Of a DNA stretch of 64,000 nt, positions 20,065 through 29,460 are shown piece by piece. Location: positions 685 to 64,684 of the forward strand of contig DIXT01000021.1 in assembly GCA_002436085.1 (NCBI GenBank), written 5' to 3'. Positions within the stretch are counted from its first letter, which is position 1. The number at the start of each line of letters is the position of its first letter. This DNA comes from Anaerolineaceae bacterium UBA6073 (GTDB lineage: Bacteria; Chloroflexota; Anaerolineae; Anaerolineales; Anaerolineaceae). The notes beneath the pieces were generated by a model. It made no database searches and was not told where the DNA came from. It was given only the letters and a program-made list of their open reading frames with translations. The position numbers and the translations under genes are program-made.

Positions 20065-20238
20065 CGTCCATTCTTTTGATCTCAGTTGTAATTTGATTAT
20101 ATTGCAGATTGAAAAGTCTGCTTTATTAAGGCAGTTGCTGCCGCCAGGCTGGGCGAAGTTATGCGCGCCGGTGCAAGGTTGATATAATCCTTGGTACAGA
20201 CCCAGATAACCACTGAATTAGGCGCATAAGGAGAAACG

Positions 20239-20595
20239 ATGAGCGTAAAACGTATCGAAAAAGTGGCCGCTGAAGCTGTCCCGGACGGTGTCGGCGTAAG
20301 CAAACAGGTATTGATTTCCGCGGAAGAAGCGCCAAATTTTGCCATGCGCTGCTTCACCATCCAGCCCGGCGGCAGCATGCCCCTGCATACCAACCTGGTG
20401 GAGCATGAGCAGTACGTGTTGAGCGGCAGCGCCAATGTGGTCATCGGTGAAGAGACCTATACGGTAGAACCGGGGAATGTGGTGTTCATCCCGGCCGGTG
20501 CGGCGCACACTTACGTGAACAATGGCAGCGAACCCTTCCGCTTTTTGTGCCTCGTCCCCAACCGCGCAGATAAAACCAGCATCATTTCAAGCTGA
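20239..20595 (+). CDS. cupin domain protein
   Basis: 118 aa. Cupin motifs GGSMPLHTNLVEHEQYVLSG and GNVVFIPAGAAHTYVN. Confidence 0.75.
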   Translation: MSVKRIEKVAAEAVPDGVGVSKQVLISAEEAPNFAMRCFTIQPGGSMPLHTNLVEHEQYVLSGSANVVIGEETYTVEPGNVVFIPAGAAHTYVNNGSEPFRFLCLVPNRADKTSIISS

Positions 20596-20694
20596 GCGAA
20601 CTGGACAGAATCTGGTTAAGGTATAAAATAATATGTTTTACTGTGCCCGGATATCAGGCGCAATACTTGCTGGAATAAGAGACCTGACAAAACT

Positions 20695-21555
20695 ATGATT
20701 TCACAACTGTCCCCACTGGTCAATGTGCTGCTTCTCAGCCTGATCGCCAGCCTGGGAACCGGCCTCGGCGGGCTGATTGCGATCATCCGCAGACCAGGCA
20801 AGCGTTCCTACGGCTTTTTGATGGGCATCACCGCGGGTGTGATGATCTGTCTCGCGTTTCTGGAACTTGTAAATAAGGCCTGGGAGCTTGGCGGTCCACT
20901 TACCGCTACCTTAGGTTTTGGCGTGGGTGCCTGTTTTATGTTTTTGCTGGATTATCTGGCCCCGCATATGCGTTTTGGTGAGGTGGAATACCACGGAGCG
21001 CATGCCACGGAAGGCGAGGCAGACGACTGCGAAGACCTCAGACCCCGCAGGCGCTGGCGTTTTGCCAGGCTGCGCGAGCAAGGTTTACACAAGCGCCCGA
21101 TGGACCAGAAGCTAATCAGTTCCGGCATCCTGCTGGCAATCGGCATCACGCTGCACAACCTGCCCGAAGGCATCGCGGTGGGCGCGGGCTACATGCACAA
21201 CCCGCAGTTCGGATTGTTTGTCGCGCTGGCAATCATGCTGCACAATATACCCGAAGGGCTGGCGACTGCGCTGCCGCTGTGCAAAGGCGGCGTGCGCCGG
21301 CGGGACGCGCTGCGCGTAGCCTTCTTATCCGGTTTCGCGGAGCCGGTCGGGGCGCTGCTGGCCAGTTTGTTCCTGGTGAACTTCACAGCGTTTGTCCCCG
21401 GTGCGTTAGCTTTTGCTGGCGGCGTAATGGTTTTCATCACGCTGGACGAGCTCATCCCTTCTGCGCGCGAGTACGGGCACGTGCACTGGACGTCCCTGGG
21501 CATTATCCTTGGGTCGCTGTTTGTGTTCGTGCTTTCCGCTCTGCTGGGCGTCTAA
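20695..21555 (+). CDS. ZIP family metal transporter (ZupT-like)
   Basis: Paired motifs HNLPEGIAVG and HNIPEGLA. His/Asp/Glu-rich cytoplasmic loop. Polytopic. Confidence 0.8.
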   Translation: MISQLSPLVNVLLLSLIASLGTGLGGLIAIIRRPGKRSYGFLMGITAGVMICLAFLELVNKAWELGGPLTATLGFGVGACFMFLLDYLAPHMRFGEVEYHGAHATEGEADDCEDLRPRRRWRFARLREQGLHKRPMDQKLISSGILLAIGITLHNLPEGIAVGAGYMHNPQFGLFVALAIMLHNIPEGLATALPLCKGGVRRRDALRVAFLSGFAEPVGALLASLFLVNFTAFVPGALAFAGGVMVFITLDELIPSAREYGHVHWTSLGIILGSLFVFVLSALLGV

Positions 21556-21572
21556 TTTTCCCCTTATTAAGC

Positions 21573-23648
21573 TTACCTGAACAGGAGCGGCAGATGCGTT
21601 ATCGCTGCGCTGCTCAGGTTTAATTGGTATTGCGCCGCGCTGCCTGCCAGCCCGTCCACCAGGGGTTCCAATTTCAGTAAGTAGGTGCCAGAGCTTGGCG
21701 CATAAAAATGGAACCGGGCGGACTCTCCAAAATCCGGGGATTCCGCGCTCAAGAGCAGCGTGCTTTCATCCGGCGCGTAGAGCGAAAGACGCACCGCCGC
21801 CCCGCCGCCCAGCGATTGGGCGGACACCAGGTAGTGTTCCCCCTCCACGAGCGGGAGCGCGAACCAGTCCGGGTTGGCTGCCGGGCAGAGGTTGCCGTTC
21901 AGGCTGCCGCCCGACGCGAGAAGATTTGCCTGCCCGGGGCTGTCATCCGGCTCCAGGCTGTCGGGCGCGCATCCGGCGGGTAACACCGCGCTGGTTTCCG
22001 GCAGCTCACCGGCCGGCCAGGCTTCCGGCTGACCGTTGCTGTCCAGCGCGCGCAAGCGAAAGTCATAACTCTTTCCAAACTCACCCAGGAACCAGGCTTG
22101 GCGCGCTTCGGGTGTGTAGGTAAAACTCTGCGCGGCAGACCAGGGCTGCAGGCTCTCGCGCCACTGCAGTTCAAACTGCCCGAGGGGCACGCCGCTTGTC
22201 TGGGCGGTCCAGCTCAGGCGCACGGCGGTGGAGTCAAAACTTTCGGCCGGTTCAAGCTGGCTTTCAGGCGGAGGGCAGGCATGGTCCACCTGAATAATGC
22301 GGACAGAAAGCGGCGCGCGGAAATTGCCTTCGTGGTCCCATACGGCCAGCCCGATTTGGAGCGGACCGTTGAATGCGCCGGTCTGGCACAGGTTCACGTC
22401 CCAATCAAAAACGCCGGGGCTGAGCGGCTGCGAGACTTTTGGTCCCAGAAAGCTCCATCCTCCGTCCAGGTAGGCCAGCAGTTGGGCGGCATCCACATGC
22501 ACATCATCGCTCACAGAGGCGGTAACGTCCATCAGCGGGTTCGCGCCGCCAGCCACAACTTGCCCGTCCACGGGGCGGGTCAGGCTGCCGTTAGGAGGGA
22601 AGGCGCCGATGTTTCCGGAGGTAAACCAGTCGTTATTCGGGTTCAGGGGGTCGTTCGGGTTGCCCAGGCATTGGGTGGCGCCGTCATAGATCGGGAAATG
22701 GGTCACTTCGTAGCAGGTGCGCGGGATGCCGTTGTTAATCGGAACGTCAGCGAAGCGAATATCGATTGAGGCTCCCCAGTAGTAACCGTCATCAACCAGC
22801 CAGACGCTGTTGGTGACCATGAAATGCACATGTTGGGAGGTGCTGTAGCCGGTGTCATCGGTATCACCCAGATACTGCCCGCGCTGGACAGTGGTGCCGG
22901 GGGTGAGCGCGTCTGGGATAGTTCCATGCGCCATGTGCAAGTAGATTTGATAGGTATTGTTGTTCGGGTCGCGCAGCACTATAAAATTCGTGCAGCTGGT
23001 CCCATTATCCGGGCAGCTGTCGCGTGAGGCAACTACTGTGCCGCCTTTGGAAGCCACCAGCGGAAAATGGACGTCATCGGTGAAGTCGTAGGCGTAGCGG
23101 CAGTAAACTTCCAGGCAGGATGGGTAGCCCAGCCAGGGGATATCCTGAAAATGACCGATTGAGCCTTCCAGCCAGCGCGTGGTGCCGGCGACGTAAGGCA
23201 GGTAGTAGTCCGTGATGACGGTGAGCGCTGGCTCCTCGACCCTTTCTGATGGCCTCTGTTCGGCGGGCAGCATGTTCAGGGGCAGGGCGGCCAAAGCCTC
23301 CTCCCAGCCTTCATCCCCGGGCAGGAATGCCTGCCATTCCCCACCGCTCAGGAGGGCCAACACCATGCCTGGTTCGGATGCCAGCCTTCTGCCGCTGTCA
23401 TCCCGCAGCGCCAGCCACAAAACCGCGGCCGTCCCATCGGGGCTGAGAAAAGCTTCGTCCAGTTCGGGGGTAAAAAGCTCAAAGGTAAGGGATTCGCCTG
23501 GTCTTAGTTCGGTGGCGCGGCGGGTAAACGCGTCCCACAAGGTAGACTTGACTTCGGGGCTGGCAGGCTGAGGAGGCTGCCAGGCGCTGGCTGACAGCAG
23601 AATAAGCGCAAGAATAATGATGAGATAGCGAAACCGGCCCATGCGCAC
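21573..23648 (-). CDS. secreted M23 family metallopeptidase with C-terminal beta-rich domains
   Basis: Signal peptide. M23 core YLHMAHGTIPD..VQRGQYLGDTDDTGYSTSQHVHFMV. The C-terminal part looks like FN3 and pre-peptidase C-terminal domains. Confidence 0.75.
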   Translation of the reverse strand: MRMGRFRYLIIILALILLSASAWQPPQPASPEVKSTLWDAFTRRATELRPGESLTFELFTPELDEAFLSPDGTAAVLWLALRDDSGRRLASEPGMVLALLSGGEWQAFLPGDEGWEEALAALPLNMLPAEQRPSERVEEPALTVITDYYLPYVAGTTRWLEGSIGHFQDIPWLGYPSCLEVYCRYAYDFTDDVHFPLVASKGGTVVASRDSCPDNGTSCTNFIVLRDPNNNTYQIYLHMAHGTIPDALTPGTTVQRGQYLGDTDDTGYSTSQHVHFMVTNSVWLVDDGYYWGASIDIRFADVPINNGIPRTCYEVTHFPIYDGATQCLGNPNDPLNPNNDWFTSGNIGAFPPNGSLTRPVDGQVVAGGANPLMDVTASVSDDVHVDAAQLLAYLDGGWSFLGPKVSQPLSPGVFDWDVNLCQTGAFNGPLQIGLAVWDHEGNFRAPLSVRIIQVDHACPPPESQLEPAESFDSTAVRLSWTAQTSGVPLGQFELQWRESLQPWSAAQSFTYTPEARQAWFLGEFGKSYDFRLRALDSNGQPEAWPAGELPETSAVLPAGCAPDSLEPDDSPGQANLLASGGSLNGNLCPAANPDWFALPLVEGEHYLVSAQSLGGGAAVRLSLYAPDESTLLLSAESPDFGESARFHFYAPSSGTYLLKLEPLVDGLAGSAAQYQLNLSSAAITHLPLLFR

Positions 23649-23752
23649 TCCGCTTTGAGAATTGGACAGATAGATGACACAAGTATAGTGGAATGTTGGG
23701 CAAAAACCAGCAACTTATGCAATCCCGGTTTATGCGCGTGCGGATTTCAGCG

Positions 23753-25174
23753 CTATTCCGTGCTGCGAATAGAATCAAGCTGGTAATAACTTGCTGCACA
23801 GCCGTTCACCCACTGGGAGGGGTCGGGCGAGAACCCCATCAACCCAGCCAGACTGTCCACCCCCGGAACAAGCACGGAACGGGCGCCGGCGTCCTTTTGC
23901 TGCAGGATGAGAGCCTCGCGTTCATCCCAGTCCGCGGCATGCCGGCGGTATTCGGCGAAATGAGCGGGCAGAGGGATTAACGCGAAGATAAGTGAGACCA
24001 GCGCGGCGATGTTCAAGAAGATAAGCAAAGCGCGCGAGCTTTTCCCGGGCAAGAGGGCGCGCAGCCAGCCGCCCGCCAAAAAGCCCGCCCCCAGCAGCGC
24101 CGCGCTGATGAGATAAACAGCGATAGTTTGCGAGCGTGCTTCCGGGTAGGCGGACTGCGCCAGCGCGCTGGGTGCGCAAAACGCGGCAATCAGCAAAAAG
24201 GCTCCCAGCGCGGTCAGCCCCAGTGCGGTGAGGAGCTCCTTGAGCGGGGAAATCTTTTGCCCGCGTGCAGACAGGCCGAATAGAAAGCCAATCAACAGCG
24301 CGGCGAGTCTGGCAGGCAGGAAATCGACCAGGCTGTGGTACACCAACGCGGCAGAATGGCGCAGAGTCAGGTAAACCAGCCTTCCCAGTCCCGGCATGGG
24401 CGGCATTTGCGCCAGCCGCAGGTGCGCGCCGGGCTGCAGCGCGAGCACGAGCAAGCCGAGCAGGCTGCCAGCCAGCGCGGCAACCCACAACCCGCGCTCC
24501 GCGGGGGCGAGGCGCTTGCGCCAGAGAAGAACGCAAAAAACGAAGCTGAGCGCGGTGAACTGCACGGCAGCGTTTGTGGTGGAGAACCCGGCTGCTACAA
24601 AAGCGCCCAGAGCAAAAGCGCTGAGTGTGTACCAGGCGGGTTTGCGAGTGTGCGCGTTCAGGAGCCCTGCCAGCAGCAGGTTCAGCGCGATGACTGGCAG
24701 CGTGTAGGCGATGCTGCCCGCGCGCCAGTAAACGGACTGGTACAGGTTGGGTAGGGCGGATAGTGTAAGCAAGGTGAGCGCCAGCGAGCAGGCCAACTGG
24801 CTGAGGCGCGGCAGTTCCATGTTTATGCGGCGGAAGAATTGCTTCAGCAGCAGGTAAGCGCTGGCTGCCATGCCAAGGATAAGGAGGACCGGAAGCACAC
24901 GCAGCCCCCACAGTCCGAACCAATCGAAAATGCCGGTAAAAAACATGGTGGCATAGCGGTTGGTCCAGCCGGTGTAAGCGTTTGCTTGCGCCTGCCAGAA
25001 GCCTAGCGAGCGGAACAGCGCCGAGGAACAGAAGTCATCCGCTTGCGGGCGAGCGAACACGCTCAGCGCGAGATAGGGCGCCAAACCGAGCCCCAGCAGC
25101 AGCACCCACAGGAAGCTTATGCTTCGTTCGGAGGCGATGGGTTGGGGAGATTCGTTTTGTGCTGCGTTCGTCAT
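23753..25174 (-). CDS. polytopic integral membrane protein, unknown function (possibly glycosyltransferase-C-like)
   Basis: 473 aa with more than 10 hydrophobic segments. No catalytic motif recognised. Confidence 0.5.
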   Translation of the reverse strand: MTNAAQNESPQPIASERSISFLWVLLLGLGLAPYLALSVFARPQADDFCSSALFRSLGFWQAQANAYTGWTNRYATMFFTGIFDWFGLWGLRVLPVLLILGMAASAYLLLKQFFRRINMELPRLSQLACSLALTLLTLSALPNLYQSVYWRAGSIAYTLPVIALNLLLAGLLNAHTRKPAWYTLSAFALGAFVAAGFSTTNAAVQFTALSFVFCVLLWRKRLAPAERGLWVAALAGSLLGLLVLALQPGAHLRLAQMPPMPGLGRLVYLTLRHSAALVYHSLVDFLPARLAALLIGFLFGLSARGQKISPLKELLTALGLTALGAFLLIAAFCAPSALAQSAYPEARSQTIAVYLISAALLGAGFLAGGWLRALLPGKSSRALLIFLNIAALVSLIFALIPLPAHFAEYRRHAADWDEREALILQQKDAGARSVLVPGVDSLAGLMGFSPDPSQWVNGCAASYYQLDSIRSTE

Positions 25175-25490
25175 TATCAGCCGCCCTGCCTGTTTTTATT
25201 GAATAGATTGATTATAGTGCTTTTCCGGGCTTTTTTAGTGAGCCTGCTTAAGGGAAATATATCAATCAGCTCCTATGCCGGACCACCATGTTATTGACCT
25301 AAAACCTCGGAAAGGGTAAATGAATCTAGCAATCTTTGCTGAGTCTATAGCGGTGGTATGAAGAACATATGTCAGCGAACCCAAAAACACAGATCGGGTT
25401 GCTCCCTTCAGCCCGACGACGCTTTCACAAGCGGCAGCTTGAAAGGCGCATGTGGCCTTGCGGTTAACTGCCCTCGAAAGATCATCGCTG

Positions 25491-25555
25491 GGGGCGAAGC
25501 ATCTTTTATTAGCGCAGCAGAGGACGGAGTGCCTTCCAGAGTGACGCTTCGCCCC
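25491..25555. repeat. 65-bp hairpin repeat, copy 1 (GGGGCGAAGCATC..loop..GACGCTTCGCCCC)
   Basis: ggggcgaagcatcttttattagcgcagcagaggacggagtgccttccagagtgacgcttcgcccc. Nearly identical to 25856-25919. Confidence 0.85.
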
Positions 25556-25855
25556 TGGGCCCGAAGGGCACGTTCATCGGAGCGGCAGCTTGAAAAGCAC
25601 AAGCAGCTCCACTGAAGGAAAGCTTCTCTTGTGACGGTTGGGGTGCCTTAGGCAAGCTGCCTGCGAGGTTACAGAAGTCTTTTACCTTCTCCAAGGGAGA
25701 AGGTGCCCGCAGGGCGGATGAGGGTCTTGTAGTGCCCCTCATCAGTCTCGCTGCGCTCGCCAGCTTTGCCTTCGGCACGCGAGCAGAGCCTTCGGCACGC
25801 AAGCAGTCCGGGGAGAAGCTTTTTCAAACCAGCTGCCCTACGATTTTCACCGGTA

Positions 25856-25919
25856 GGGGCGAAGCATCTTTTATTAGCGCAGCAGAGGACGGAGTGCCTT
25901 CCAGAGTGATGCTTCGCCC
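25856..25919. repeat. 65-bp hairpin repeat, copy 2
   Basis: Same sequence as 25491-25555 with one substitution in the 3' stem (gatgcttcgccc). Confidence 0.85.
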
Positions 25920-26196
25920 TTACGTCCAATGGCATTACCCACCGCTGTAGCGGCGTGAAAAACGCATACTGCCCTACAGCTCGCAAAAGAAACCATCGCA
26001 AACCTGTTTCATTCACCCGCGCGGCTTCAGGATATAATGAGGGCAGAGAAATTCAGGAGGAGCATGCTCACCCAACCCTGCGAATTTCAACTTAGAGGCG
26101 CGCAAGTTCAAACTGGCGCGGCAGAACTTCCCTTGCCCACAAAGCAACGCGATTTCATCCTGTCCTCACCCCACCATTTACCAAAAAGGAGATCCA

Positions 26197-27051
26197 ATGA
26201 CCGAACAGCGTAAAAAACTAACCCTGCCGGGATTGTTCAAGAAAGCGGCTGAAGGCAAGCCGATTACCTGGCTGACCTGCTATGACTATCCGACTGCCTA
26301 CCTTCAGGAGCAGGCTGGCGTGGACATGATTCTGGTAGGCGACAGCCTGGGAATGACCATGCTGGGTTACGACAGCACCCTGCCGGTGACGATGGACGAC
26401 ATGATCCGGCACAGCGCGGCCGTCCGGCGCGGCGCGCCAAACACCTGGGTGGTCGGGGACATGCCATACATGAGCTACCAACCCTCAAACGAAACCGCGG
26501 TGCGCAGCGCCGGGCGCTTCATGGCGGAGGCCGGCTGCGACTCCATCAAGCTGGAGGGCGGCGCGGCGGTGTGCGACCGCATCCGCGCGATTGTGGACGC
26601 GGGCATCCCCACCATCGGGCATCTGGGCCTCACCCCGCAGAGCGTCAGCTCATTGGGCGGATTTCGGCTGCAGGGCAAGAGCGCCGCGACCGCCAAGAAA
26701 ATCCTGGACGACGCCAAAGCGCTGGAAGAAGCCGGCGCGTTCATGATTCTGCTGGAACTGGTGCCGGACCGGCTGTGCAAACTGGTGACGGAGCGCGCGA
26801 AAAACTGCCTGATTATGTCGCTCGGCTCGGGTCTGGACGCGCACGGGCAGCTTCTGATTTACCACGATGCCTTCGCGCTCTACCCTAAGTTCAAGCCGCG
26901 CATGGCCAAAGTGTTCGCCGATGCCGGGTCAGTCATCCGTCAGGGTCTGGAGGCGTACGTAAAGGAAGTTACGGAAAAGACCTTCCCCGCGCCGGAAAAC
27001 TGGTTTGGGATGACCGATGACGAATACAACGAATTGCTGAGCATGCTTTAG
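26197..27051 (+). CDS. panB: 3-methyl-2-oxobutanoate hydroxymethyltransferase
   Basis: ITWLTCYDYPTAYL..VDMILVGDSLGMTMLGYDSTLPVTMDDMIRHSAAVRRGAP..VVGDMPYMSY..IKLEGG matches the PanB active-site blocks. GGAG ribosome-binding site before the ATG. Confidence 0.92.
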   Translation: MTEQRKKLTLPGLFKKAAEGKPITWLTCYDYPTAYLQEQAGVDMILVGDSLGMTMLGYDSTLPVTMDDMIRHSAAVRRGAPNTWVVGDMPYMSYQPSNETAVRSAGRFMAEAGCDSIKLEGGAAVCDRIRAIVDAGIPTIGHLGLTPQSVSSLGGFRLQGKSAATAKKILDDAKALEEAGAFMILLELVPDRLCKLVTERAKNCLIMSLGSGLDAHGQLLIYHDAFALYPKFKPRMAKVFADAGSVIRQGLEAYVKEVTEKTFPAPENWFGMTDDEYNELLSML

Positions 27052-27061
27052 GAGCACCGAC

Positions 27062-28324
27062 ATGAGCGAATTGCGCGAAACCCTGAAAATCCCTTCCAGC
27101 AACCTGGACGCGGTCAATAGCGTTTTGCTGGACCCCAACAGCCGCGTTGTCAACGCCTTTCTGGAAGTGGTGGCACGTTACGGTACCCCTGAGGAGATCA
27201 ACCGGAAGCATCGCGAATCCCGCCGGATGGAAGCGCTGTTTGAGAAAATCCGCCAGAAAGCGCCGCAGTATCTGGAGGACTTATACTGGCTGATCGACCA
27301 GCGCAGCCGCGGCGCCTTCGTCCGCCTGGCGGATTACCGCAAAGCCGTGCTGGGGGAGGACCTGGACCCGGACTGCATCAACGAGGAGTGCGCGGTCACG
27401 CTGGAAGTCTCCGCGCTGCAGTACTTCCCGTGGGTGCGTCCGATGCTGGAGCAAGCCATCGCCAACCAGACCCTGGTGCCCGGGCGTTTTATTGCCGTGC
27501 GGAAGATGAAGGAGTCTGAGATGGACGGCGACCTGCCGGCTATCGTGGCCGCGCTGGATATCATCGGAGCTTCTTTTGTCGAAACGCTGGATACCAAAGG
27601 CACCGACGGCTCCAACCCGCACCTGGGCGGCCCGGCCACCATCACCGGCTACTTCGGCGGCATCGGGCAGCCTAACGAGCACGCCCTGCGCTGGCTGGAT
27701 GAGTTCCTGTATTACTACACAAACTACGGCGTTCAGCACGTCCTGAACTTTAACGCCGGCACGATTTTGCTGGGATTCATGCTGTACAGGCTAGGCGTGG
27801 ATATTCAGTTCAAAATCTCGGTCTATTTTGGCGCGGATAATCCCTATTCAGCGCTGTGGATTATGACCATGGCCAAGCTTTTCAGCCGTCCCGACGGCAG
27901 TTCGCCGTTGATAGGCTTCAACTGGTCCAACTCCATCAACAACGAAACGCTGGAGCTGAGTTCCGAGTTCCGCAAGACGCTGGGCTTTGAGCGGGTCATC
28001 CGCTTTGAACACCACATTACCGAAACCCAGAAAAGCATTGTCATCCAGCCTTACAACCGCCGGCAGGAACTGCTGGAAGTGGCAGCGCGGGTGCCCAATA
28101 TTGCTGCCAAGCACGAAGGCGGCGACCCGGAAATTGACGCTGCGCGCGAACACCCGTCAGATATTCTGGATTACTTCCGGGAGAAAGCCGAAGTTATCGC
28201 CAGCGGAGATTGGGAGCACATGCAGCTGAATTTTATGGATAAGGTGGCGGCCTGCAATGCCACGGCCAGGGCGTTGACAGAGCGCAAGCTGGGCTTTGTC
28301 GCCGCGCGCAATTTGCATCTCTGA
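27062..28324 (+). CDS. conserved-looking hypothetical protein (420 aa), co-transcribed with panB
   Basis: Starts 10 nt after the panB stop. Protein-like composition. No motif recognised. Confidence 0.55.
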   Translation: MSELRETLKIPSSNLDAVNSVLLDPNSRVVNAFLEVVARYGTPEEINRKHRESRRMEALFEKIRQKAPQYLEDLYWLIDQRSRGAFVRLADYRKAVLGEDLDPDCINEECAVTLEVSALQYFPWVRPMLEQAIANQTLVPGRFIAVRKMKESEMDGDLPAIVAALDIIGASFVETLDTKGTDGSNPHLGGPATITGYFGGIGQPNEHALRWLDEFLYYYTNYGVQHVLNFNAGTILLGFMLYRLGVDIQFKISVYFGADNPYSALWIMTMAKLFSRPDGSSPLIGFNWSNSINNETLELSSEFRKTLGFERVIRFEHHITETQKSIVIQPYNRRQELLEVAARVPNIAAKHEGGDPEIDAAREHPSDILDYFREKAEVIASGDWEHMQLNFMDKVAACNATARALTERKLGFVAARNLHL

Positions 28325-28470
28325 GAGGTAGGCGCTGTTCGGACAGAATTGGCACTTAAACCAAACGCAGCAGGTCATCCCTGCTGCGTTTGGTTTATAT
28401 ACAGAAAACCTCATGCGCGAGAAACGAGCGGTTTAATGCCGCTAGTTAACGCGGAGAAGCTTTGAGCGGT

Positions 28471-28767
28471 TTACTTCTGTTTGCCTTTCCAGTAATCGTC
28501 CGCTTCTTTTTCAAGTTTGTCCAGGCGGGTGTAGTAATTCGGGAACTCAATCATGTGCGCGAGGGCAATTTTGGCTGTCGTCAGCGGGTCGTCATCGGTG
28601 ACGTTGGTGAGGGGGTCTCGGGTTCCGTATTCCAGCTCCACATTAACGCCCATCGTAAATTGCTCTACATCAAAATGCGCCCAATCCACACCCAGCTGCT
28701 CCGCCAGGGCTTTAGCTTCTTCCTGTGAAAATTGTTTCTTCTGTGACATAGCGTTTTGCTCCTTCAC
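28471..28767 (-). CDS. small hypothetical protein (possibly DUF5661-like)
   Basis: 98 aa. GVNVELEYG..TAKIALAHMIEFPNYYTRLDKLE resembles the DUF5661 pattern as I remember it. Confidence 0.4.
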   Translation of the reverse strand: MKEQNAMSQKKQFSQEEAKALAEQLGVDWAHFDVEQFTMGVNVELEYGTRDPLTNVTDDDPLTTAKIALAHMIEFPNYYTRLDKLEKEADDYWKGKQK

Positions 28768-29460
28768 GCTGTTGATGCTTGTATTGTAATCCTACACAGA
28801 TAAAAAAATCCCTGAAGGCTTCCGAGGTCAACGGCCAGCTTATTCCCTTATGTACAAAATATTGCTGCGGTTCTGCCAATTTCGACCTTGATCGCCATAG
28901 GCCTCAGCCGGGTACCCAAATGTCGGTGGGCGGCTGCCTGGATTTCAGGAGGGCTGACCAAGTTTACAATCTTCACCTGGGTTACCTCTTCGGCGCTGCC
29001 ATCAAGGCCGCCTCTGGTATGATGCAAGCTATCATCTGGTGCGTTACAGTGTGGGGGGGTCAGCACATGGTATACACTTTTTTGATAAGTCATACGAGTT
29101 GTACCGAGATCGATGTCTGGAGTGGATACCATCTGCTGGCTCAGTACCCTTTGGCTGGAAATGTTGAACAAACGATGCCGGCTTTTTGGGGGAAGGCGAG
29201 GCGCGGTCCGGATACAACTTTCTATCTTGGAGGCAGGCAATAAAGGATGGAAGCATAAGCAAAAGGTTCAGCCGCCCTGATTTTTCTGTCCCTGATTTTT
29301 CTGACAGAAACCCGGCTTGGATGTATAATTCTTTTCCTGAAACACCAAGCGCACGCTAGCGGACAGTCCGGGGATTTCTGTCCAAAAATTCAAGATCCCA
29401 CCACACCAGAATTCCAAGCCACCCCAAAATTACATCCCCCAGGAAGGCAGCCGATTACTT

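Noticed and set aside
23922-24923. 333-aa alternative minus-strand frame within the polytopic membrane protein gene
   Set aside because: It is extremely Arg/Ala-rich with no hydrophobic segments. The 473-aa frame gives a coherent multi-TM protein.
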